NCBI RefSeq assembly: GCF_036321535.1
Contig: NC_087437.1
Coordinates: 91,824,001-91,888,000, forward strand
Length of the DNA stretch: 64,000 nt
Source: Camelus dromedarius
Lineage: Eukaryota
Reading direction: 5' to 3'
Shown here: positions 53,542-64,000 of the stretch, piece by piece
Layout: the number at the start of each line of letters is the position of its first letter
How positions within the stretch are numbered: position 1 is the first letter of the stretch
Program-made: the position numbers and the translations under genes
The notes under the pieces: generated by a model
What the model saw: the letters and a program-made list of their open reading frames with translations, nothing else
Databases searched by the model: none
What the model was told of the DNA's origin: nothing

Positions 53542-56500
53542 ATAGAAAATAAGAGAGGAGAAAACCATAATTGGAAATGAGACAACTACAATGAGTCACA
53601 ATAGAACAAACATGAAAATGTAAAAGAGGACATCAAAATCATTAAAGATAGAAGAGGGGAGCAAGAAAATACAAATTTTTTCTCTTTTTTTCATTATTTT
53701 TAGGATGTCTTTGAGCTTATATGACTATCAGTTTAAAGCACAGATATAGTAATGGGTTAATATATTTGAAAAACAGGGTAACCACAAATCAAAAGCATAC
53801 AATAGAGTCCCAAAGACCTAAAAAGAAACCAAGATAATACAAAAGAAAATAATCAAACCACAAAAAGGAAAAGAAAAAGAAAAAGGAGCAAAGAGGAAAT
53901 TCTAACTCAACTGGAAAACTAAGTTCAAAATGGCAGTAAACACAAATCTATCAATAATTGCCATAAATGTCCATAGACTAAATGCTCCAATCAAAAGAAA
54001 GAGTGACAGCTTGGATAATAAAACAAGAATCTACAATATACTGCATACGTACAAGAGACCTACTTTATTGTGAAGGATACACATAGATTGAAAGTCAGAG
54101 GATGGAAAGATATTTCATACAAATAGAAATGACAAGAAAGCAAGAGTAGCAATAATGATTTCAAACAAAATAGACTTTAAAACAAAGGCCATATAGAAAG
54201 ATAAAGAAGGATACTATATAATGATTATAGGAGAAATACAAGATGAGGATATGACACTTGCTAACATATATGCACTCAATATGGGAGCACCTAAATACAT
54301 AAAGCAAATACTAATGGACAGGGAGAAAGTGATGGGAATAAATCATAGGAGGAGACTTTAACACCCCATTCACATCATTAGACAGATCTTCCAGACAGAA
54401 AATCAATAAGGCAACACAGATACTAAATGACACAATAGAATAGTTGATATTTTTAGGACATTACATCCCCCCAAAACAGAATATACTTTTTTTCAAGTGC
54501 ACAAGGAACATTCTATAAGATGGATCATATACTTGGGCACAAAAGAAGCCTCAACAAATTAAAGGGATAGAAATTATTTCAAACATCTTTTCTGACCACA
54601 ATGCCATGAAACTAGAAATCAACCACAGAAAAACAAAGGAGAAAAAAAAATGACAGCATGGATATTAAACAACTTGCTATTAAAAAACCAATGGGTCAAT
54701 GATGAAATCAAAGAATTAATTAAAAAATACTTTGAGACAAATGATAATGAAAATACAACCACACAAAACTAATGGGATGCAGCAAAAGCATTCCTAAGTT
54801 CATAGTGATCCAGGCCTTTCTCAAAATGTAAGAACAATCTCAAATAAACAACCAAATCCACAATCTAAAAGAATCAGAAAAAGAAGAACAAACAAAACCT
54901 AAAGTCAGCAGAAGGAAGGGAATAATAAAGATCAGGTAGGAAATAGAGAAAAAAAAAAAAAACAATGGAAAAAAATCAATCAAACCAAGAGCCCTGAAAG
55001 AGTAAACAACATTGACAAACCTCTGGGAAGGCTCACCAAGAATAAGAGAGATATGAAATAAACAAAATAAGAAAGAAAAATTGAGAAATTACAACCAATA
55101 TCACAGAAATACAAAAAAATCCTTAAGAGAATACTAAGAACAACTATATGGAAACAAATTGGACAACCCAGAAGAACTGCACAAGTTTCTGGAAACATGC
55201 AGTCCACTAAGACTGAATCAAGAAGAAACATCTCTTGAACAGAAAGATCACTAGAAATGAAATAGAATACGCAATTAAAAAGCCTCCCTACAAACAAAAG
55301 TCCAAGACCAGAAGGCTTCTCTGGAGAATTCTACCAAACATACAAAGAACTCATACTGATCCTTCTCGAACTCTCTCAAAAGACTGAAAAGAAGGGAGAA
55401 CTACCAAACTCATTCTATGAAGCCACCATCACCTTGATACCAAAACCAAAGACACTACCAAAAAAGAAAATTACAGTCCAATTATCATTGATGTAAGATC
55501 ATGTAAGAAAAAACAAACCAACAAAAAAACTCAAGAAAATACTAGCAAACTGGTCCCAATAGCACATAAAAAATGTTATACACCATGATCAAGTTGGATT
55601 CATCTCAGGAACACAAGGATGGTTCAATATATGCAAATCCATCAATGTGATACACTACATCCACAAAAAGAAAGGACAAAAACCACATGATCATCTCAAT
55701 AGATGCAAAAAAAAAAAAAAAGCATTTGATGAAATTAAGCACCCATTTATGACAAAAACTCTTACCAAAATGGGTATAGAAGGAACATATCTCAATATAA
55801 TAAAAGCTATTTAGGTCAAACCCACAGCCAGCATAATACTCAGTGGTGAAAAACTGAAAGCCTTCCTACTAAGATCTGGAACAAGACAAGGATGCCCACT
55901 CTCACCACTTCTATTCAACATAGTATTGGAAGTCCTAGCCACAGCAATCAGGCAAGAGAAAGCAATAAAAAAGATCCAAATTGGAAGAGAAGAGGTAAAA
56001 TTGTCACTGTATGTGGATGACATGATACTATATATAGAAAATCCTAAAAGCTCCACACAAAAACTATTAGAGCTGATAAAAGAATTCTGCAAGATTGCTG
56101 GATACAAGATTAACATACAGAAATCAGGTGCATTTCTTTACACTAACAATGAAATAGCAGGAAAAGAAAGTGAAGAAACAACCCCTTTTAAAATTGTATC
56201 CAAAACAATAAAATACTTAGGAATAAATCTGACCAAGGAGGTGAAAGTCATATATGTGGAGAACTACAAAACATTGCTTAAGGAAATTAAAGATGGCTTG
56301 AAGAGATGGAAAGATATCCCATGATCTTGGATTGGAAGAATCGATATTGTTAAAATGGCCTTATTACCCAAGGCAATCTACAGATTTAATGTGATCCCTA
56401 TCAAATTACCCATGATGTTTTTCACAGAACTCAAACAGATAATACTAAAATTTGTATGGAATCACAAAAGACCCAGAATTGCCAATGCAATACTGAAGAA

Positions 56501-57340
56501 AAGAACGAAGCGGAAGGAATAACCTTCCCAGACTTCAGATAATACTACAGAGCTACAGTAATCAAAACACCATGGTATTGGCATAAAAACAGATATATGG
56601 ATCAATAGAACAGAATAGAGAGCCCAGAAATAAACCCACAGACATATGGTCAATTAATCCTCAACAAAGGAGGCAAGAATATATAATGGAGACAAGACAG
56701 TCTTTTCAGCAAGTGGTGTTGGGAAAATTGGACAGCAGCATGTAAATAAATGAAGTTAGAACACTCCATCACACCATACACAAAAATTAACTCAAAATGG
56801 CTTAAAGACTTAAATATAAGACAAGACACAATAAACCTCCTAGAAGAAAACTTAGGCAAAACATTCTCTGACATAAATCTCAGCAGTGTTCTCCAGGGGC
56901 AGTGTACCCAGGCAATAGAAATAAAGGCAAAAATTAACAAATGGGACCTAATTAAACTTATAAGCTTCTGCACAGCAAAGGAAGTCATAAGCAAAACAAA
57001 ATGACAGTCTATGGAATGGGAGAACATATTTGCAAATGATGTGACTGACAAAGGTTTAATTTCCAAATATATAAATAGCTCATACAACTTAACAACAAAA
57101 CACAAACAACCCAACCTAAAAATGGGCAGACGACCCAAACCAGCAATTCTCCAATGAAGACACAGAAATGGCCAAAAGACACATAAAAAATGTTCAATAT
57201 CACTAATTATTAGAGAAATGAAAATCAAAACTACAACAAGGTATTACCTCACAACAGGCAGAATGGCCATCATTAAAAAGTCTATGAAGGATAAATCCTG
57301 GAAAGGGTGTGGAGAGACTGCTGGTAAGAATGTAGTTTGG

Positions 57341-60300
57341 GAGAGAAGCAAGATGGCGGAGTAGAAGAACGCTTGTAGCTCACCCTCTCCCACAAATACA
57401 CCAAAACTCACATCTATGGACCCACTCAGCCAACCAGAGCACCTGCCGAACTCCAACAGAACATCGCCCTCTTGGAAAGACAAAGACGCCAAAACTCTGG
57501 TAGGAAAAAAGGAAAAAAGAAAGAAGAAAAAGCAAAACAGTGCAGGACTGATCCCGCGGGGATGGAGCAGCAAAGGACTGGCGCTCGTTCACTGGGTCTC
57601 CCCTCTCCAATGGAGAGGCCAGCGGGACAGAGAGGGAGCCTCTGAGGCTCAGATCTACCCCGAGCACCCCTTGACTGACAGAACTGAGTTAAATGGGCAC
57701 GAAGGGTCCCCACAACACCCAGCCCAAGATGCGAGCCAGCAGCTGGGGCCGGGACAGGCCTCCTGTACCGGGTGGAGGACTGAGGCGGCTGCACTGAGGC
57801 AGCCCCTGGGGACTGCAGGGGGCTGTGCGCCATGGCTGGGAGGGGATACAGAGCAGAACAACCTCAGTCTCCCATAGATTGCGAAGAAAGCAAAGCAACA
57901 CGGCTGGTGTGCCCTGGGGGGAGGGGTGCCTTAACCTTTGTCTCCTCAGACCTGCACTGCCATTACTGGGGCTTCTCATGAGAAGAGAGGCGGGGCTCAG
58001 CCACAGCTACCATATTCTCCTGTGCACAGCACCTGGGCGGGGGTGGGGCCGAGGCCTGAATCCACACCCAGGGGCTCTGCAACCTCCTAGGCAGGACTGA
58101 GACTTGTTTACGGCTGGAGGCAGATAGGATCTTTCTGCCCTGGCACCTCAGAGAACTTGCACCACCAAGACAAATAAGGAGCTGAGGTTTGGCATGGAGC
58201 AGAGGTGGGGCCGTTCTGCGGTCTTCCATGAGCCCACCTTCGGAACACCGACCCGAGGGGGAGAGGGCAGCTGCACAGAGTAGCGGAGCGACCGGCGCCA
58301 GGAAAGGGCGGGAGGCAACCCACTTTGCTGGCAGGATCACGGCACCTGACCACGGTGCTGGGAGGGGGCATGATCCGCCCACCTGCCTCCCCCGAGCACA
58401 GCATCTGACTGCTGCATTGGGAAGGGGAGTGACCCATCCGCCCACTGGATAAGAGCTCAGCACCTGACCCAGTGTTGGGAGGGGGTGTGATCTGCTAGCC
58501 AACAGCCACTGGGAGCAACACAGATGAGGGTGCCAACAGAGGGCCTCTGGAAACAGCAAGCTGAGTTTGCGAAACAGGGTGAAGACACAAAGACCTCTCG
58601 ATGAAATCATTAAGAGCACACTGTCTCCAAGAGAACTAGATAACTGATACTCTTAAGCCACAGTGCTAGAGAGATATGAGCAATATGAAGAAGCAGAGGA
58701 ACCACTACCAAATAAAAGATCAAGAAATCCCCTGAAAGCATGATCAAGGAAATAGACATTGATGGCCTACTAGATCAAGACTTCGAAAAAAGGAGTGATC
58801 GAAGTACTGAAGGAGCTAAAAGAAATAGTGTTTAGAGATACAAAATCTGTCAAAAATGAAACAGAAGCTATAAAGAACCAAGTAGAATTAGTAAACTCAT
58901 TTGCTGAGATGAGAGTTGACCTAAAGGCTGTACAAAGCAGGCTAGATAATGCAGAAGAACGAGTAAGTGACCCAGAAGACAGGACAACAGAAAGCACCCA
59001 ATCAGAACATCTGAGAGAAAAACAAATAAAAAACAATGAAAACAATTTAAGGGACCTATGGGATAATCTAAAGTGTGCCAATCTATGCATGATAGGGGTT
59101 CCAGAAGGGGAAGAAAGAACAAAGGGAATTGAAAAGGTATTTGAAGAAATTGTAACTGAAAACTTCCCAAACCTAAAGGAATCAGATATCCAAGTACAGG
59201 AGGCTCAGAAGGTCCCAAACAGGAAGAACCCAAACAGACCCACACCAAGACATATTATAATCAAGATGGCCAGAGTCAAGGAGAAATAAATGATCCTAAA
59301 GGCAGCAAGAGAAAAACAAAGAGTGAGTTACAAGGGAACCCCCATAAGGCTCTCAGCTAATTTCTCTACACAAATACTACGGGCCAGAAGGGAGTGGCAA
59401 GCTATATTCAAAGTCCTTAATGAAAAAAAGATGCAGCCTAGGATACTCTATCCAGCAAGGCTATCCTTTAGAATCAAAGGAGAGATAAAGAACTTCACAG
59501 ACAAGCAAAAACTGAAAGAGTTTAGCAACACTAAACCCATGCTAAAAGAAATATTGACAGGTCTACTCTAAATAGAAAAGAAGCAGGATGCTACAAAAAT
59601 GAGAAACTCATAACTAGAAAGGAGATAACTGCCATGAATTACAAAAAGAATAAACACAAAATTGTAAAATAAGACATCTAAATCATTAAGAGTGCGAGAG
59701 GGAAGCAAGGAAAGCCATTGTGGAAAACAGTATGGAGACTCCTCAAAAGACTAGGAATAGACTTACCATGTGACCCAGGAATCCCGCTACTGGGCATAAA
59801 TCCAGAAGTAACCCTACTTCAAAATGACACCTGCACTCTCCCCCAATGTTCACAGCAGCACTATTTACAATACCCAAGACATGGAAACAGCTTAAATGTC
59901 CATCAACAGATGACTGAATAAAGAAGAGGTGGTATATTTATACGATGGAATACTATTCAGCCATAAAAACGGACAACATAACGCCATTTGCAGGAACATG
60001 GATGTTCCTGGAGAATGCCATTCTAAGTGAAGTAAGCCAGAAAGAGAAAGAAAAATACCATATGAGATCACTCATATGAGGAATCTAAAAACAAAACAAA
60101 ACATAAATACAAAACAGAAACAGACTCATAGACATAGAATACAAACTTGTGGTTGCCAAGGGGGTGGGGGGTGGGAAGGGACAGACTGGGATTTTAAAAT
60201 GCAGAGTAGATAAACAAGATTATACTGTATAGCACAGGGAAATATAAACAAGATCTTGTGGTAGCTCATAGCAGAAAAAAAAATGTGACAATGAATATAT

Positions 60301-60393
60301 ATATGTTCATATATAACTGAAAAACTGTGCCCTACACTAGAATTTGAAACAACATTGTACAGTGACTATTACTCAATAAAATAATGTTAAAAA
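57341..60393 (+). mobile_element. Younger internally deleted L1 (element B): 5' UTR + ORF1 + last ~200 nt of ORF2 + 3' UTR
   Basis: 5' end gagagaagcaagatggcggagtag, CpG-rich 5' UTR and tail ctcaataaaataatgttaaaaaaa. TSD aatgtagtttgg at 57329-57340 and 60394-60405. The inter-ORF region joins the ORF2 end at ~59713. Confidence 0.93.
58676..59571 (+). pseudogene. L1 ORF1p of element B, nearly intact (one frameshift near 58726, one nonsense codon at 59287-59289)
   Basis: MSNMKKQRNH start. The in-frame track ORFs 58795..59289 and 59290..59571 carry NLRDLWDN, IGVPEGEE, RPTPRHIIIKM, ARREW and YPARLSF. Confidence 0.92.
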
Positions 60394-62057
60394 AATGTAG
60401 TTTGGTGCAGCCATTATGGAAAACAGTATGAAGATTCCTCAAAAAACTAAAATCTAGCAATCCCACTCCTGGGCATATACCCAAAGGGAAATCCAACTTG
60501 AAAAGGTACATGAACCCCAAAGTTCTGTCTATCAACTGAAGACTAGATAAAGATGTTGTGGTACATTTATACAATGGAATACTTTTCAGCCATAAAAAAT
60601 AATAAAATAATGCCATTTGCAGCAACATGGATGGACCTATATATCATCATTCTAAGTGAAGTAGGCGAGAAAGAGAAACTATCATATATCACCATATTTG
60701 GAGTCTAAAAAAAGAACAAAAGAGGACACTAATGAACCCAACTACAAAACAGAAACAGACTCACAGACATAGTTAACAATTTTATGTTTACCAGGGGAAA
60801 AGGGGTGAGAAGGGGTAAATTTGGGAGTTTGAGATTTGCAAATGTCAGCCACTATATATAAAAACAGATTTTAAAAAATTTCTTCTATATAGCACAGGGA
60901 ACTATATTCAATATTTTGTAATAACCTTTAATGAAAAAGAATATGAAAATGAATATATGTATTTATATGCATGAATGGGACATTGTGTTTTACCCCATAA
61001 ATTGACATATTATAACTGACTATACTTTAATAAAAAAATTCATTAAGCTATTTATCTATTTTAGGAAAACTTCTGCATGCTTGTTACACTATATAGTAAT
61101 TTAAAGTATGTTATAGCATTACTTGCTTATAACATGGTATTTAAATGTACAAATTATTTAAACTTCCCATTGTTAGTGATGTTTCCAACTTGGATATAAA
61201 TAATACATTCTAAAGACACTTGATCATGACTAAATGCAGACAGAAATCAATTTGAAGGAACATAAAGAAGTGTAGATACATACTGAAAAATGTCTTTATA
61301 TTAAAATATTTTAGCAACATTCTTCTTTTTCAGTATTGTATTTTGCTTACTAAATTATGAAAGAAATTCACATAAGCATTCAATTGACCATGATTTTAAA
61401 AGTGTATGAGAATGTAGTTTACATATTTAATACACAAAAGTAAAATATGTATTTTACATATTTAATACACAAATAAATATACAAGTAAGCAAAAGAACAT
61501 AAAATAACTTAATGCTTCATTTTATAGAATCCAAAGTTTTTAAAATATACACATTTACAAGTTTGAATGATCTCCCTTTCATACAAAAACAGGATAAATT
61601 TGGATCTTTTGAAGTTTTATTTGTGAAAAATGAGAGTCAAGACAAATATAAAAGCAGAGAAATCAGTTTTAAAGACAAATGAGTATTCATATTGAGGGAC
61701 AGCTAATAAAAGAATAATTTGGATATGTTGATTGTAATGGAACAAAGTTTTCAAAACAACAGACCAAGGATTGGAGATATATCTCTAGGGTTCTTCATTT
61801 TTTTCCCATTCTTTTGATTTATAAATCAATGGTTTAAGTAAATAGTGACATCTATGACATTATTCACTTCCTTTTGAAACTTTGTAAACATATTAACCCC
61901 CCCATTTTTTTTAAAAAGGATAATTCAAATTGCCCAGTCTCCTAAGTTTAAGTCCTTCACCACAAAATGTTTTTTGGAGAAATTTGGATCACATAATTGA
62001 AAAAGACAGAGTTGACCTGACATCACCATATATTTTCCTAATTTCTATAAGGAGTCA

Positions 62058-63078
62058 AGTAAAATGCTTCTGCATAGCAAAGAAAACTATGAACAAAGTA
62101 AAAAGGCAATTGGCCAAATGGGAAAAAATATCTACAAATCATATATATGATAAGTGATTAATATAAAAATATAGAAGCAGCTTATACAACTCAATAGCAA
62201 AAAAAAAAAAAAATCTGATAAAAAATGGACAGAGGATCTAAGTAGACATTTTCCCAAAGAATACATACACAGATAGCTAGCAGGTACATGAAAAGATTCT
62301 CAACATCATTAATCATCTGGGAAATGCAAATCAAATCCACAACAAGATAGCACCTTACACCTGTTAGAATGGCTATTATCAAGACAATAAGAAATAAGTA
62401 TTGGCGAGGATATAGAGAAAAGGGAACCTGATACACTTTGGTGTAGCCACTATGGAAAACAATGTGGAGTTTCCCCCCCAAATTATAAATAGAACTATTA
62501 TACGAACCAGCAATTTCATTTCTGGGCATTTATCAAAAGAATGCGAAAACACTGATATATCCACCCTCATGTTAACTGCAGCATTGTTTACAATAGCCAA
62601 CACTGGAAAGCAAGCTAACTGTGCACTGATGCGTGTATACATATATCACATATGTACATACATACAAACAGTGGAATATTATTCAGCCATAAAAAATAAT
62701 GAATCTTGCCATTCGTGACAACACAAATGGATCTTGAGAGAATTATGCTAAGTGAAATAAATCAGACAGAAAAAGACAAATACCTTATAATCACATTTAT
62801 ATGTGGAATCCAGAAGAAAACAAAAACAAAAACAAAACAAATATGCCCATAAATATAGAGAACAGATTGGTGGTTGCCAGAAGTGACAGTCAAGGATGAG
62901 GGGTGAGCAAAAAGCGATCAAAAGGTACAAACTTCCAATTATAAAATAAATAAATCATGGGGATATAATGTACAGCATGGTGACTATAGTTAATAATACT
63001 ATTTCATATTTCAAAGTTTTAAGAGAGTAGATCTTAAATGTTCTCATCACAAGAAAAAAATTGCAACTAAATTAAAAA
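62058..63078 (+). mobile_element. 5'-truncated L1 (L1MA9-like ORF2 end + 3' UTR)
   Basis: gcttctgcatagcaaagaaaac ... aaggtacaaacttcc...tacagcatggtgactatagttaataatac...gagagtagatcttaaatgttctcatcac. Possible TSD aa(g/t)gagtca at 62049-62057 and 63079-63087. Confidence 0.85.
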
Positions 63079-64000
63079 AATGAGTCATCCCCCCTTTAGC
63101 ATTCTTTTTAGATGGAAGATGAGGGCCCCCCAATTTTTTACTTCATATTCATTTATTTAAAACATCAAAAATATTAAGCAGTTGGGTTTCTGACTGAAGC
63201 AATAATGCCAAAATATCTTATACCTCTCATTCAAATCCCCCATCCATGCTATATTTCTAAAAAAAATCAAAACACGATGAAATATATGTATATATGGAAT
63301 TTAAATCATCTATTACTTATTAAAATCAGAAATACTAGCTTAGGAGCCTATAGACTACTGATCTATCTGCCAGGTTTGACACCACAAAACATAAAGTACT
63401 GGATTCAGCCAGGCTGAGCACATGATAAGGAATTATATCTGAAAGAATTGAGTGTAAATCTTTAGTACTGTAGCACCAAATATTCTCTAGATAGAAGTAG
63501 TTATTACATCAAATGATTTATCTAAGATTTAATTATGATCAGTAGTCTTTAGAGCAAAAATTATAAATGCAATGGCTCAATGTCTGATGTGTAATAATTT
63601 TTTTCAATATTATTTTTACCTTAAAGTCACCATAGGTAAGAAAATTCACAAACTGAAAAACTAAAGTACAAAGGAAAATATTTTTACATACTTTTCCCCA
63701 ACACACAACCACTATCAATAAGATGTCACAATAATGTCAGAAATTGTGAACAAATTATGAATAGAGATTTTTTTCAACCTTGAATTAAAATGCAAGGATG
63801 ACTAATATTAATAAGAAAAATAATAACTTTTGAGCCATGATTTATATTTGGTAATAAAATTATGTTTATTGATTACTTATTTTCCCTTTTGTTCTCTACT
63901 CAGTTTCTATAGACCTAAGAAAGTAAAACTTCTGCATTTCTTGCCTCTTAGGACATGTAGGGGAGAAAGTCAAGCTAGTTTTCCTTTTCAAAATCTTACA

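Larger units (their letters stand above)
53930..60550 (+). pseudogene. L1 ORF2p (EN/RT) of element A, disrupted and interrupted by element B at 57341-60393
   Basis: Start MAVNTNLSII; RT motifs [17 protein letters not shown] and LYVDDMILY (track 55926..56324); C-terminal remnant resumes after 60405. Confidence 0.92.
51158..61036 (+). mobile_element. Full-length, inactivated lineage-specific L1 (element A) containing nested element B
   Basis: 5' end ggagggtgccaagatggc, ~1.5-kb 5' UTR, ORF1, ORF2 and 3' UTR ending tatactttaataaaaaaa. TSD aattcattaagc at 51146-51157 and 61037-61048. Confidence 0.95.
51090..61095 (+). mobile_element. Ancient L1ME/MC-type 3'-UTR fragment split by the large L1 (halves 51090-51157 and 61037-61095)
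   Basis: ttctatttcttgacctgagtg...ataattcattaagc joins to tatttatctatttt...ttctgcatgc...ttac across the TSD. Confidence 0.6.

Noticed and set aside
57244..58452. Many overlapping ORFs in a GC/CpG-rich block suggesting a gene or CpG-island promoter
   Set aside because: The block is the 5' UTR of L1 element B, homologous to 51158-52670.
60159..60181. G-quadruplex-like tract gggggtggggggtgggaaggg
   Set aside because: This is the well-known G-rich tract of mammalian L1 3' UTRs; not novel.
51158..61036. Potentially active L1
   Set aside because: Both ORFs of A carry multiple stops and frameshifts and ORF2 is interrupted; B lacks EN/RT.

Overview
AT-rich, repeat-dense mammalian genomic DNA that is intergenic or deep intronic. 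I found no credible host protein-coding exon, RNA gene or CRISPR array. A large part of the window is LINE-1 (L1) of several ages, plus MaLR/ERVL LTRs, a fossil ERVL pol region, a Tigger1-type element, MER5A, MIR and L2 relics. The young L1 3' tails and the lack of Alu, B1, Bov-A, PRE or Can SINEs suggest a camelid-like cetartiodactyl; this comes from pattern recall, not a search. Highlights: (1) A full-length L1 (51158-61036, TSD-flanked) holds a younger, TSD-flanked, ORF1-only L1 (57341-60393) lacking ~3.7 kb of inter-ORF/ORF2. Its deletion breakpoint lies 3 nt from the position homologous to its own insertion site in the host. (2) A 2.45-kb pyrimidine-strand compound tandem array with a recurring core and higher-order structure (22774-25225). 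(3) Several nested insertions with readable TSDs, including a 40-bp L1 tail. Subfamily names are by-eye recognitions and need RepeatMasker/Dfam confirmation.
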